This document shows positions 14,901 to 28,627 of a stretch of 64,000 nucleotides of DNA, one piece after another. Made by a program: the position numbers and the translations under genes. The notes below the pieces were generated by a model, which was not told where the DNA came from, made no database searches, and was given only the letters and a program-made list of their open reading frames with translations. Each line of letters opens with the position of its first letter. Position 1 is the stretch's first letter. The DNA is from Eledone cirrhosa (taxonomy: Eukaryota), in assembly GCA_964016885.1 (NCBI GenBank), contig OZ024740.1, positions 398,784,001-398,848,000 on the forward strand, given 5' to 3'.

Positions 14901-15714
14901 TAAATCATGAAAAATAATTAAGATAAGATTTTTAGAGTAAACAATTTCATAGTATTCTATAATAATAAATTGGAATTTTGTAAATGTGTAGGGAAATTTC
15001 GAATTTTCTCTTCTAATGCTAATTGAGCAGCTACAAATGAAAAATAACTAGCTTCAAGTTTATACAATTTATTATAAATGCCCTTCTAATTTTAATGACT
15101 GAGCTAAGTCATTACTACAAGAACTTCAGCAGTGAAACAGCAGCACCAAGCCAATGGAGAGCATATTGCTTGAATGTTTTGTACTATGGAAATATTTCTT
15201 TTAGTGCCTTTATTATCCATGAACATATTTTATTGCTATTGAAATACAGGATATAGACAATGTGAAAATCTATCTTATTATGTTCAACATACTTCTAATA
15301 TATTTGGATTACCCAAATATCCATCACAGTAAATATGAAATAGTCTTAAAAATAACTCTGATTTTTACAACTTTAGAACCTATTTTGAAATTCGATATCA
15401 AGATAATCATGATTAATTTAATAATAGCTAAAATCACATACAAAATTAAATAAATATCAAAGAAATTAATATAATTGAAAAATAAATCAATGTTTTTTTT
15501 TTGTTATAGAACACATAACTAAAGTACCAAGTAACTGACTGATGAATTTCCTTAATAATATAGAGATTACATCCTCATACATTAATCAGCAATCCCTACC
15601 CTTTATTCATTGCTCTGCCAAATACCCACAAACACCTATAGCCTCATACCTCTCTCCCTACCCCATTGTCCCCATCCTCAGAGCTGAGAGGGCTCTACAG
15701 TTGGGTCTAAGAGC

Positions 15715-16230
15715 ATCAACCTCTCTAGTGATGGTGCTATGAAAATGCCCCCGGTACACTCTGTAATGGTGGTTGGCAACAGGAAGAGCACCTTGCTGTA
15801 GAAAGTATGGCTAAAAGGGTTGAGAGGACCCTTTATTTGTGTCAAAGACACAACATTTCTCTAGTGCTGGTGATTTACACAATAAATGTACCCAGTACAT
15901 GCTTTAAAATGGCTGGGGATAGGAAGGGCATCCAGCCAAAGGGTTGCGAGGACTCTTTGGTTGTGTCAAAGATCCTCTCTAGTGCTGGTGATCAATAAAA
16001 ACACCCAATACATGCTGTAAAATGGTTGGTGTTAGGAAGGGCATCCAACCATAGAAAGCTTGACCCTTCAGTTTGTGTCAAAAGACACAACTTCTTCTCT
16101 GCACTCGATATGACTATATGTAAGTGGGATACAGACCCCTAGGCCTGACTGGAAGGTCAGTAGCCCCGTTTCAGTTCTGACTTGGTCTATGTAGACCCAT
16201 CCAACCATTTCTAGATGATGATGATGATGT
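15715..16230 (+). mobile_element. RTE-tail-type repeat with internally triplicated 3' module
   Basis: Three diverged copies of ggttggtgttaggaagggcatccag..., ending in (gat)n at about 16215-16228. Confidence 0.6.
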
Positions 16231-18067
16231 ATAAATATCTGTTTTTAAGCAGATTAACTGGAGACAATGTAGAACACTAATAGACACAACCTACATCTGT
16301 TAACATACAGTTTAAAAGAGAGAGAGATATGCCTGAAGGTGCAGGATCCAAAGTATGCAATAACTACACTGTTCCTTCCCTTCATCACTAAATAGCCCAT
16401 ATATATATATTGGGCCAGTGTGCATACCCAAGTCAATAGAGAGCCATAATGATAGCTCTACAGTATCATCATTGGTGAATTCAAATTCTCTCAAAACTGC
16501 ATTAAAACCTGTATTTAGGTAAAAGAAGCCACTAAAATAATGTAATCATTATAGAGAAAACTGCTTTCAGGATATAATAGAAAAGAGAACAGATTTTAAA
16601 TATTAAAATGCTTTTAAAATTTTCTTTAAAAATGTGATATCTTTATTCTCTAACAGTCCAAAAAGTTCAAATATGAATTGAATCACAATAGAAATAGTAA
16701 ATATTTACTTCTTGAGTGAAACATATAATGAACAATCAGAATGTTTTTTAAATTTGGTAACATGCATTTTTGTTTGCTTCCTACATTTAATCTACAAGAT
16801 GGTTTAGGCATATATTGATCAGCTTTGGTGTTTATAAAATTAAATTGTAGATTAGATACTTTACAAAAACAGAAATTACGTTAGAGAAGGAAAATAAAAA
16901 TCATCTCAATTATTCCATGTTTCTGGATTTGCTTTGTCATTATGAGAGGTTGAAAAACTGAAGGTGAGAATGATATAGATTTCCGGAAATAAAGAAATTA
17001 ACCTCCAATAAATATGTTAATCTTGGATTATACAAAAAAAAAATCAGAATAAATGCTAGTGAGTGTGGAACATGAAAATGAATCCAGTTTTAGAGAGAGG
17101 GGAGTGTTTTGTTGTTTCACAAGCAGTTAAATTAGAAATGTACACAGCCAAACAGTCTGAAAACATCTGGAGTTTTAAAATGCCCCCACCCCACCTGACC
17201 CCCGAAAAAAATTGTAGAATATAGACAGAGGATAATGTGAATTATAAAGCAACCTTAACTGGGTATCATTTCTTCTTTTTTCACTTTTCTTTCATATAAT
17301 AAAAAAGGAAAAAAAATTCTTTTGTTATTTTATACTTCTTCTTAATACTTGTAAATTAAATGGAAATATAGGAATGATGGTGAAAAGTGCAATATTCCAA
17401 GCTGAGAAATCAAAGAGAAAAAAGAAGACAGAACTAGAAAAATAAAACAAAAAAGAAATTACAGATGATAAATAAATAGAAATCATAGTTTCACCTTTAA
17501 ACAGAACATATGATCTAGTTAGGAATTCACATTTCAGAATAAGGGAATCAAAAAGGATAACTTATAAGTAGTAGTAGTATAGTAGTAATTAATAGTAGTA
17601 ACAGAGGGTTAAAATCTGAAATGATAAATAAATTGTAAAAAAAAAACCGTTGAAAAAGTTTTCTAAATAAAGATTTAAAAAACAAAAATGAAGCCTAACA
17701 AATAAATACTGTAGAGATAAAATGTGATACATATATATAATATATATATATATATGCTGCCCAGCCATACATCAACAAGTGTACCTTCCTGCCATTTAAT
17801 GAAGGTTCTATAACACCACACACATTGATTTCAATTACACAGGTGGTGCTGCTGCTGCTGGTAAAAGGGGTGACCCTAGTAATGACAAACAACAAAGTAA
17901 ATAACATAATCTTCAGTGACAGGTTACACCAAGGACCTTTTATTCCTTTTTTTTGTCATTTGTTGTTGTCTTCCATTTCTTTTTATCTTTCTTTCACTTT
18001 TTCATTAATAGGGAGAAAATATAAATAAATAAAAACAAAATCGAGCCATTAAAGGCCTCCATTAGTG

Positions 18068-18259
18068 CTACCAGAGGTGGGGTTCATGCTGTGGCATTCG
18101 TACCACACCGACACCACCACCAAGACGACGGTAGTTCATGCTTCCACATAATCGCCAACAGTTCTGTTCAGGGTCATAAAGTTCAATGGTTTTTAAATAT
18201 GTTGTGCCGTCAAACCCTCCTATAGCCATCAACTGTCCATTGACAACTGCCAAGCCCAC
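18068..18259 (-). CDS. KLHL20: Kelch-like protein 20/diablo, coding exon 8 (last)
   Basis: [30 protein letters not shown]...PHLW*; acceptor ttttctcag; TAG at 18070-18068. Confidence 0.95.
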   Translation of the reverse strand: MGLAVVNGQLMAIGGFDGTTYLKTIELYDPEQNCWRLCGSMNYRRLGGGVGVVRMPQHEPHLW

Positions 18260-18439
18260 CTGAGAAAAAAATTAAAATAACCAGAATGAAAAAGTAAATC
18301 CATGGAGATTGCTTTTTTTTGTTTTTCACAATGTTATATCTATTTTATCATGGTGACATGGGAGGCTATTTACATAGGAAGTGTCATGTCAAACGTTTTT
18401 CTTTTTTGTTGCTACAGCTAGATGGAGGACTTTCTACTT

Positions 18440-18668
18440 TTAATCCTTTAGCATTTAAACTGGCCATATCCGGCCAGAATTCTCTCACCTCTTTCTGTTC
18501 TAACTGGCTGTAACCAGCTGCTCATACTTATGTTAAGGTTTTGTTTTCAAAATAAATAACATCAAAATCTCGTAGATTCAGTATTATGTGAGATAATTAT
18601 GTAAGATAAAGTCTTTACCACAAAAATACAATAGTAAATATAGAGTAATGTAAATGCTAAAGGGTTAA
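18440..18668. mobile_element. TTAA-flanked (piggyBac-type) MITE
   Basis: Termini TTAAtCCTTTAGCATTTA...TAAATGCTAAAGGGTTAA; interior matches 25929-26157 in opposite orientation. Confidence 0.7.
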
Positions 18669-19338
18669 ACATTTAAATTTTTAAGTGTGAATGATGCAAG
18701 TTTTCAGCTGAATTGATTATTTTCTTAGTTGTACTACAGTAAAGCAGTTTTAACAAAGTTTCAACTAAAAAATAAAAGGTGCTTGACTGATCAATAAGCC
18801 TAGCAACTTAAGTGTTGTATTGTTAATTGGGGTCAATAGAAAGATAGATTTGGAAACATAAGAGAAGAACTTGAGAGAGAAAACAGATTTGTGGGAATAC
18901 AAAAAAGAGTAAGAATTCTATTTTTCTATGATAGAGGTTATTACCTTTTAAAATTTGAAAGTGATTTGGGAAGAAAAAAATGATAAAGGGTTTCTAGAAA
19001 ATATTAATGTAGCAATAATCTATATTGAGTTTTATATGTAATTTAATATTTTTGAGAAGTTAATATTTTGGTGGGCAGAAGAGCCAATTGTATATTTATA
19101 ACTTCAAATATATTTAGGGTCTGATAAGAAGAATTAATTCAGTGATGCAGTGTTTGAGTCATCAGAATAGATTTACCAAGAATTATCTTCAAGGAATGGA
19201 AGACTAAAGATTTGTTGGACTTCATTAGAATTTAAATTTAAGATAAAACTATATTTAAAATATAAATATATTGGTTTTAATAAAATCCAAAACAGTAAAG
19301 TAACAAATGAAACAGTAAAATGTAAATGTAACACTTAC

Positions 19339-19547
19339 TCCACTGCGCCGTGAGGTCATAGCCACAACTGGCTGCCATGTGTTTGTTTGAGGGTTATACC
19401 GTTCCGTACTACTTAACTCTGTCGTATCATCTCGACCACCAACAGCATATATCATATTGTTATATACAGCAACGCCAAGGTGTTTTCGTCTAGTTCCCAT
19501 TGGCGACACTGGATTCCAACGATTTGTTCTTGGATCATAGCGTTCAA
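19339..19547 (-). CDS. KLHL20: KLHL20 coding exon 7
   Basis: (V)[46 protein letters not shown]...SRRSG; tttag acceptor, gtaagt donor; 209 nt, phases consistent. Confidence 0.95.
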
Positions 19548-20399
19548 CTAAATTGTTTGAGGAGGGAAAAAAATGAAACAGAAAAACAAGCCCTGAAAAT
19601 CCATTGAAATTGCTGCTGTCACATCATCAACAGTTTCATCTTCTTTATTTTACTATAACTCTGCTGTCAAGTCAAACTTACTCCATTTCAAAGTTTTATT
19701 ATTCCCTACTTCCACTAAACATCAACCTGAAATATAGATAACCTAAGATGGAAGTCAATTTAAATTGGGCTTTAATTTCCTTAAAGTTCCATCTATTGCC
19801 AGAACTGTAGAAATAATAATGTATAGAGTGGTGTATTTGCTGGGGTGCAGCTGCACCCACCAAAAAATTGTCAGGAAATTCTTATATTTTCAAAACATAT
19901 TGTATACTTTGCTTGTATATTTCAATTACACAAAACATAATAAAATATACACAATACAATAATGAATAAAGATGTCATAGTAATGATTGGCATGCATAAA
20001 AACTTTTGTCGGAAAATTAATCATTTTTGTCAGAAAATTACAAATGTTTACACCCCAAAAAATTACATGAGTAATATATTTATGAGTGTACAAGTGTATT
20101 TATAGCAACAGTAACATATAGTAATTGCAAAATCTACTGCAGATTTAATAACCCTTCCTGATTCTGTTATAATAGATTATTATTTACATAAAATTATTAT
20201 ATTTTACTAATTTAGTTCCAACCATAAAATAAACTTCATTTGTCAGGCTAAACAACAATAATCTGTCATTACCTGTATACATTTTGATAGACACTAGAAA
20301 ATAATTATTTGGTTGCAGCTGAAAGATACAGAGTCTGCAGTGCAATAAGATGACTCAAAAGCAATGTCCAGTCAATCTACTAGTGTCTTATCATAATAA

Positions 20400-20600
20400 T
20401 ATAATAATATTAATAATAATAACAAATTATTGTGTACAGTGTTCAGGTGCACTACAACTCATAAAAAGTGCATGTATAGTACATAGCATATTGTACATTA
20501 TCATTCTGTTATACTTAAATTCTTTATTATGTATCAACATTTATACATGCCACCATCAAAACTGCTCTTGACAAAATTAATATTTCTATTAGGAAACTAC
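20400..20600 (-). mobile_element. CR1-type LINE 3' tail
   Basis: Reverse complement of the tail at 1400-1500 (tgtgtacagtgttcaggtgcactacaactc) with (aat)n. Confidence 0.7.
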
Positions 20601-20633
20601 AAAACTACAACTGCTATAAAGAAACCTACAACC

Positions 20634-20981
20634 ACCAACATACCTAACAGCTTACTGTTTATGAGAGGACAACAGATTGTTATAAAACTACCAACATACC
20701 TAACAGCCCCTTACTCTGTTTAATAGAGGACAACAGGTTGTTATACAACTACCATCATACCCTACAGCTCCTTACTCTGTTTAAGAGAGGACAACAGATT
20801 GTTATAAAACTACCAACATACCTAACAGCCCCTTACTCTGTTTAATAGAGTACAACAGGTTGTTATACAACTACCATCATACCCTACAGCTCCTTACTCT
20901 GTTTAAGAGAGGACAACAGATTGTTAAACAACCATTAACATACCCTACAGCTCCTTACTGTTTAATAGGACAACAGATTGT
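20634..20981 (+). repeat. 61-bp minisatellite, about 5.7 copies, alternating A/B variants
   Basis: Units ccaacatacctaacagccccttactctgtttaatagag... alternate with ccatcataccctacagctccttactctgtttaagagag... Confidence 0.9.
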
Positions 20982-21339
20982 CAGCAGATTGAAATATTAT
21001 TCAGCAATAAGACAAAAACAACAATGAAACATAGAAAACTTTCAAACATTTACAAAATAAACCATAAAACAAGCAGTAAAACACAATCATTTGCAGCAAT
21101 GAAGTAATTAGTTATATCAAAAACAATGGCCACAAATCATCAATAACTTTAAGTCACAAGATATGCATTATCTATTTAAATGAAAGCTTTAAACCTTTGT
21201 CACCAGGTGGATTAGGAATATAAATCCAGCAGTTGTATGTATATATATATATATGTGTGTGTCTATATATATATACACACATACATACATAAACATACAT
21301 ATATATATACACACGTGTGTGTGTGTGCGTATATATATA

Positions 21340-22756
21340 TCATCATCATCATCATCATCATCAGGTTTAGCGTCCGTGTTCCACGCTTGCATGGGTTTGG
21401 ACGGGGGTTTTCCCACTTGAGGCAAGAGTGGTTGTCTTGCTCGCATAGGACTGTCTGGCGGGTTTTCTACAGTTGGATGCCCTTCCTAACACCAACCACA
21501 TTTACAGTGTGGGGCTGGGAGGTTTTTACTGTGTTGCCTACACGGCCACATTACAGCGTGGACAGTCTGGCGGGTTTTCTACAGCTGGATGCCCTTCCTA
21601 ACACCAACCACATTTACAGTGTGGGGCTGGGAGGTTTTTACCGTGTTGCCTACACGGCCACATTTACAGCGTGGACTGTGTGTTTTTTGTCGTGACACCT
21701 ACACGATCTCATTTGTTTCGGCCTGGATGTTGTGGGACCAACATAACTTTACATTGAAAGGGGTGGTGTGGGTAGGGTGGAGGTGGTGGGACGGGGGTGT
21801 GTTTTGATAGAGATGCCTACTGACTGTAGTAGGTTTTTACTTTGTATTTAGGTAAGGCGGGTCTTCTCTATTACTGAGTACCGCCAAAGGTCTCGGTCCA
21901 GTGACATTGTCTTGGAGAGGTGTAAGCGCGTGAGGTCGGAATTTATCAGCTCGTCCCATGTTTTTCTGGGTCTGCCTACTCCGTGGCTACCGTCTATCTT
22001 TATTGCCTTGCACTTTGTTATACAGCTGTCGTCTTTCATGCGCATCACGTGACCGTACCAACGTAGCCTTCTCTCGAGTAAACAACATCTGATCCCTCCT
22101 ATTTCTAATTTTTTCCTTAGTTCGTTTATGCTTTGCCGTTCACGTATATTACTATTGCACATCCAGCGGAGCATGCAAGCTTCGTTCCTCTCTAGTCTGC
22201 GTATATCCTCTGCACACAATGCCCAGGTCTCACTGCCATGCAGCATTGCTGTTCGTATGCAGGCATCGTATAACCTGCCTTTCATTTTTAGGGAGAACCC
22301 TCTAGCGGCTAATAGTGGTATAAGCTCTCTGAACTTTTTCCATCCAGTTCTGACTCTAGCTACTGTACTTTCAGAGCACCCTCCCCCACTGCTGATTTTG
22401 TCACCCAGATAACGGAAGCTGTCCACTATTTCTATAGAACCCTCTGCGCAGTTGAAGGAGCTAGTATTTTGTGGGCACTTGCTGCTACTTATTGCACCAG
22501 AGCACCGGCCACATGTAAAATCTATGTTCTTAGTTAGCTTACCTGTGATCCCACTACATCTTTTATGCACCCATACTTTGCATTTGGGACATAAAATGGA
22601 GTTTCTACCTACGCCTTTCCTACACACTGAGCATGGCCATTTCCCAGATGGGACCGCCGCCTTATTTTCTTTCCTACAAACTAGAACTTTTGTCTTAGCC
22701 AGGTTAATTTTAAGGCCTTTTGATTCTAGGCCGTGCTTCCATGTTTGGAATTTCTT
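21340..22756 (-). mobile_element. Young 5'-truncated RTE LINE (intronic)
   Basis: ORF 21848-22627 differs from the C-terminal 259 aa of ORF 33528-35189 at 3 residues apart from the ORF-track start codon; complete 3' UTR and (GAT)n tail; flanked by TA microsatellites. Confidence 0.95.
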
Positions 22757-22789
22757 ATATATATATATATGTGTGTGTGTATATATAAC

Positions 22790-23245
22790 ATCATCATCAT
22801 CATCATCCTTTTACGTCCGCTTTTCCCTGCTTGCAAGGGTGGGATGGCTCTTATTCAGCACAGCATCTCTCCACTTGTCACAGTCCTTCGTCATCTCCAC
22901 CGTGAGCTTCAACGATCTGAGGTCTGTTCTCACCACCTCCGCCCATGTTTTTCGTGGTCTACCTCTACCACGTCTTCCTTCAACTGGCATTTCCTGGCAC
23001 TTCTTCACCCATCGGTCATCCTCCATGCGCATCACATGTCCATACCACCTCAGTCTCCTCTCCCGTACACTACATTCTATCCCTCTCAGACAGTTTCTCT
23101 CTCAACACATTCATGCTGGGTCGTTCACGCACATTTACACTGCACATCCAACGGAGCATGCTTGCCTCATTTCTCTCCAGCCGTCGCATATCCTCTGCAG
23201 TTGCTGCCCATGTCTCACTACCATGCAGCATCGCGCTCCTCACAC
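22790..23245 (-). mobile_element. RTE LINE 3' fragment, second subfamily
   Basis: SAMLHGSETWA...RGRGRPRKTWAEVV; short 3' UTR and (gat)n tail; similar to 50250-50760. Confidence 0.9.
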
Positions 23246-23920
23246 ATATATATATATATATGCATGGGGACGTGGAAGTACTTGGTGCGGTGCCTGAGCG
23301 CATGGTTAGCTCATGAGGAGTGAGAGACCCCTAATTCCTGTTAGAACATCATTCTAGATGTTGATCCGTTCATTTTTGGGATACCTGTTGCCATTGTTTA
23401 GAAAGTGGGATTGGTCCAGTGCAAGGCCTTTCTTCACTTAAAAAGTACAGGCATCACTTGATCCGAACGACTTTTATGTGTGTTGCATGAGCATGGCCTT
23501 TTCCTTTTTTCTTTCGCTGTAGCAAATGCAGAAAGGAATCTAAGTCCTTAACAGGGCTAAAACGTCATGTTTGTATCACCCATGTATGTATGAAAAAAAG
23601 GTCAAGAGATAGCAATTCTCAAAAATGAGATGCAGCCATTAATATATATTTATATGCAAATGAAGATGCAGGAAGAAGGTTGTCCAATTCAACTACAGGC
23701 TCACTGGTGATTGATGAGGCCAATACAGGACAGCTAGACCTGACTGTGTACATATTAACTGCACCACTCCCCTTTTACTACTATAATAACACAACACAAT
23801 GTATTGTGTGCAGGGAAATAGAAAATGATGACTATATGGTATGCCAAGCAACTCTACACACACAATACCATGTCTCCATCTAGAACAGAAGTTATCATCA
23901 ATAAGAAGTGCAATCCTTAC

Positions 23921-24054
23921 CTGTATTCAGTGGGGAAGTTCCATCACTGCCCCCAACTGCATACAGATATCCACCAAGTACAGCTACACCAACTCCAAGC
24001 CTTCGGGTACTCATAGATGCCACTTTGGTCCATTTATTTATCTGGGGATCATAT
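23921..24054 (-). CDS. KLHL20: KLHL20 coding exon 6 (not in the ORF track)
   Basis: (R)[44 protein letters not shown]; tttcag acceptor, gtaag donor; 134 nt. Confidence 0.93.
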
Positions 24055-24961
24055 CTGAAATTTTAAAATGTACAGTAGATTAAGAGAGATATCAAATTAT
24101 AACTGCCTTAACCTTCCTCAACAGTAAATACCAGAGAAATTATTTTCAAAAAGATTTAAGGAAAACAAAAATTGCTTTTGAAAACACAGGAAATCTTTGA
24201 AACTGTTACGAATTATATTTTATTTTACCTTATCCTTTTATCTGTAATCTCCTTAAAGTCCCAGGCTTTATCACTCTCTCAAAAATTTCACAATGGAGTA
24301 TTACTCGTATAACTAGAATGCTGATGCTGCTACATACACAGCTTAGATCTCATCCAACAAAATCTTATCCTCACTCTTCTTATCAAAACTAACTCTATGC
24401 CCCTTTCACTCAGGCCCACCTAACAAACCTGTCTCTCCTCTACTCATCATATTTGCTACGTTTCACCTCCTAAATCTCATACTAAACACTTCGCTCACTG
24501 ATTACTCCTTGCAAAGGTCATGAACACTGCCCTTCATTTCATTTCTAACCTATAACCCCTCTTTAAACATCCATATTTTATCTTTGGGTTTTCTTCAATT
24601 AATGTTAATAAAACTAGTAGTTTATTATAATGTAATATACTTTTCCTCAATAATTATTTTCTATATAACCAGGAGTTTATTCAGTACTGCTTGTCTCTGC
24701 GAGTAATCTCCAGAATTGAAGTAGTCATAATATACAGCACATCAAGCATTTTAAGTCCATTTTCCCAGCTAAATTAACCTTGTTTGACTCCATGATAAAT
24801 TTCATATTCATCATAGGGTCCTTTTTGAGGCAATGTTTTACAGTTAGGCGCCCTTCTTGGTGCCAATCCTTTTAGTCACTTCTTATGACATGCAAGGATA
24901 CAGTGTACCTATTCTAAACTGGTTATATTCATACATAAAGAAGGAAAAAAGCCAAAATTAC

Positions 24962-25105
24962 CTTTCTACAAAATTCAAGCAAGATACGCCATCTTGGCCT
25001 CCCACTGCATACATGTGTCCATCCAATACAGCTACACCAACACTTGTTCGACAAGAGCTGGTTGGTGCAACATCACTACTCCACTGATTTGTTTGAGGAT
25101 CATAT
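24962..25105 (-). CDS. KLHL20: KLHL20 coding exon 5 (not in the ORF track)
   Basis: (R)[47 protein letters not shown]; tgtag acceptor, gtaat donor; 144 nt. Confidence 0.93.
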
Positions 25106-25928
25106 CTACAATTAATCAATTAAAATCAACATTAACTCGATTTAGAAAATTACACAGAAGCAAAATAAACAGTTACATGTTGCAAACAGCAACATTATAA
25201 CATGAAAAAGTTATTCATATCTGCATGTGACTTCTATGTTTTTAATAATTTTATTATTATATTTCTAATGAAAGACATCGCTTAAGTTTTTGAAATATTG
25301 AAAATAAATCAAAAATTTGGACAGATTTTAAAACTTTCTCATTATTAGACTGGTGTATGGAATATAACAAACTTTTTAAAATAAAATTATGATGGAATGT
25401 TTTTAGATAAATATAAGTATTTTAAAATAAAAATTTGTATCACAGAACTAGGCAGTTTGGTAATAAAAGAATCAATGATCATTCAAGAAAATGGAATAGT
25501 GACTAAAATGTCAAAGGTAACTGATTACTGACCAATAAAATAAAATCTTGAAACTAGATTTTCTGTGACCTTTGCCAAATAAATTGTGATTTTCAAAGTG
25601 AAGTACAGATTGCTACTACTGCTTATAGTAAAATTATTTCAGAAACAGATATTTTTTTGATCAAGAGAAAGAAACATTTACTATATTTTTTTTAAAATCA
25701 TAAATTTTTAATCAACTTTTTTCAATCACAGACGAATTTGTGTTTCTACCATGTAATTGCAAATATCTTAATGAAACATTCATAGTAACATGGATGTAGA
25801 AATCCTTCTAAACTGAAAACTGAACTGCTCATGAGCAGTTTTAAGCCATGGTATGATTCACAAGCTCATACATTCTGACAAACACAACAACCAATACCTT
25901 TTTATATCCCATCATGTTTTAGCTTCAC

Positions 25929-26157
25929 TTAACCTTTTAGCATTTACATTACTCTATATATATTATTGTATTTTTGTGGTAAAGGCGTCATCTTTCACAA
26001 TTATTTCACATAATATTGAATCTAAGAGATTTTGAAGTTATTTATTTTGAGAACCATACCTTAATGTCAGTATGAGAGGCCAGTTATGGCCGGTTTGAAC
26101 AGAAAGACATGAGAGAATTCTGGCCGGATACGGCTGATTTAAATACTAAAGGGTTAA
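25929..26157. mobile_element. TTAA-flanked (piggyBac-type) MITE
   Basis: TTAACCTTTTAGCATTTA...TAAATACTAAAGGGTTAA; same family as 18440-18668. Confidence 0.7.
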
Positions 26158-26471
26158 ACTCAGGCTGTTTTTGTTTTATGAGGGTGGTGGCTTCAAATTA
26201 CATTTCCAAATGATTGCTTTCAACTACAGACTATCTATATGTCCTTATAACAATATTCAGCCCCAGCATTTTCACATCTCAATGAAGCATCATTTCATCC
26301 ATGAGGTTCAAATGTCTATGATCTTAATTTAATTATTTCATTCCAAGTTTACTTAAGTAACAACTTTCAGTACCTTCTATTATAACTATCAACAAACTAA
26401 CAGATTAATGCATAATGTCTTATATTCTCATTATGTTCCTATTACAAATTATATATTTGACAAGCCCTTAC

Positions 26472-26655
26472 CTTTCGATGCTGTTTAAATAAGATTGTCC
26501 ATCATGGCCTCCTACAGCATAAAGAAGGTCATTTAAGACAGCAACACCCACACCACAACGTCTTTTACTCATTGGTGCTACCATGCGCCATTCACTTGTC
26601 TGAGGGTCATATCTCTCAACGCTAGAGATCGCATCACCACTACACCATCCGCCAA
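26472..26655 (-). CDS. KLHL20: KLHL20 coding exon 4
   Basis: (V)[60 protein letters not shown]; ttcag acceptor, gtaag donor; 184 nt. Confidence 0.95.
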
Positions 26656-27154
26656 CTGAAATCAAGTCAAAGAATTGATGAGTTTTAATTCTAATTAAAG
26701 CAACACAACAAACATTCACAACTGAAAGTTCAATTTTAAATCGAAGTAGGAATTGGACTATAATTCATCCAATAAACCAATAGAAAAGATTTCTTATTTA
26801 TGAGTCAATGAATGAGATTTACAGATAGCTAAATTAATAATAGGAGACATCTTACTATTGATGTTGCAATGTGACCAAGATACTTGATTCTCTTCAGCTA
26901 AATCTGAACAGCTCTCAATATGTATCACATGCTGTAATCATCATCATCTGAGCATGCTTATTGCACAGATTGCCATAACTCATTTTCTCCAAGATGTATG
27001 TTGAGTTGATGGTGAATGATCTTTTTATTTCAAAGTTGGTAATTTCAGGTGGTTTACTAAGTAGGTTTTTAAAGTAATCTTTTCACTTGCTGCTTTCAGT
27101 TTGGATTTTGAGGAGCTCTTTCTTCTGCTTACTTTGTCCATGCCATTGATGATT

Positions 27155-27562
27155 GACTTTCGTAGACATTTTTTCACGCTCAGAGTTGCTGAAGCATGGA
27201 ACAAACTGCCTGCGTCAATTGTTAGCTGCCGAGACACTGCATCCTTTAAGACACTCATGCTTCCCGAAATACGCCAAAACTACACCTGATGTACCCCTTC
27301 CATATACACGCACACTGTTCATTTTACTGATGTTTGTGCATTGCCCTATGTACTGTACATGCACTTTTTTGATGAGTTGTGGTGCACCTGGGCACTGTAC
27401 ACAATATTTCATTATTGTTATTGTTATTATATCATGACTCATACACTGTTCATTTTCCTGACACTTTATTATTCTATGTACTATACATGCACCTTTGATG
27501 AGTTGTAGTGCACCTGAGCACTGTACACAATAATTTCATTATTATTATTATTATTATTATTT
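27155..27562 (+). mobile_element. CR1-type LINE 3' end with a second tandem tail
   Basis: DFRRHFFTLRVAEAWNKLP...PEIRQNYT* matches 1240-1373; the tail motif with (att)n occurs twice (ending near 27430 and 27560). Confidence 0.88.
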
Positions 27563-27899
27563 ATTGTCAATAGAAACGTTGATGTTATTGATTTCTTTTT
27601 GTATATAAAGCTTTTGCTCTTTTTGATATTCCATGGCTAATTCCTTCTGTGCTTTAGTGAACTGTCATAATGTCTTATATATAGGGGAAGATATGAATGT
27701 TCACCTTGCAAAGGATGAATACAAATACAGCTTCCATGAAACAACTAATTTGAATGAAGAATATCTGCATTAATTCATATCTAAAAATGGTCTCATCTGT
27801 CTTAACATAAGAAATCAAAAGCCAGTTGGCAAGGGGTAGACATTCACATGCTCTAATGATACAAAAGCACAATTAGACTACATATTCATCAACAAAAAA

Positions 27900-28235
27900 A
27901 TGGGCAAACAGTGCCATGAACTGCATGACATTTGATACATTTCATAATGTTTCTTCTGACCACAGGATAGTATCAGCTAAACATCGCCTCAGTCTAAGAC
28001 CAAATAAAAAGCCTGAAACCAAACATAAATGTTACGACTGGTCATCTCTAGCAAATCCTGAAATATGCACTCAATTTGCAATTACATTAAGAATCAGATA
28101 TGAAGCCCTGCAAAATACTTCTGAAACCATCACTCCCAATGATGAGTATAGAAATGTTGTCACTGCACACAAGCAAACAGCAGATGAGTGCATCCCTCTG
28201 AAACCTAAAATTAAACGCAGAGTTCGTTGAAACTG
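27900..28235 (+). mobile_element. Decayed LINE fragment (endonuclease end and linker)
   Basis: ORF 27916-28230 contains SSDHRIVSAK, the APE C-terminal SDH motif, followed by linker-like sequence. Confidence 0.65.
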
Positions 28236-28627
28236 CAGTTGTTATCAAAAAGAGACAAAATACTTAGAAAGATTTCTTTACTAAAAAGAACAAACCCTAC
28301 AAGATCAAACCTAAAACCGCTTTTTACTAAAGCAGAGAAATGTAAGCAGCAGTATCTCTGTAAAATTAATGATTGTTTTGTTCTTGTTAGATGCAATTCT
28401 GATTATAAACCCTCTTGTTAACTTGGGGTATAATAAAAAAGCTACAAACATGGCTCTATTTTTAATTTCATCCCTATTGTTCCAGCATAAAATTGAAAAT
28501 AAACGAGTCATTGTTTAATAGTAAACACACCATTTGTCTTAATGGGAAAATGAATATGAAACTGTCAAATAAATAAATATATGTTGTATGGATAAGCCAG
28601 TAAAAATGGAAAATTGAGAATATTTAC

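Noticed and set aside
20634-20981. CRISPR-like array
   Set aside because: Contiguous tandem units with no unique spacers, in a eukaryotic intron, with no cas genes.
22452-23323. Long plus-strand ORFs (281 aa, 196 aa) as host genes
   Set aside because: They are antisense frames of RTE copies read through microsatellites.
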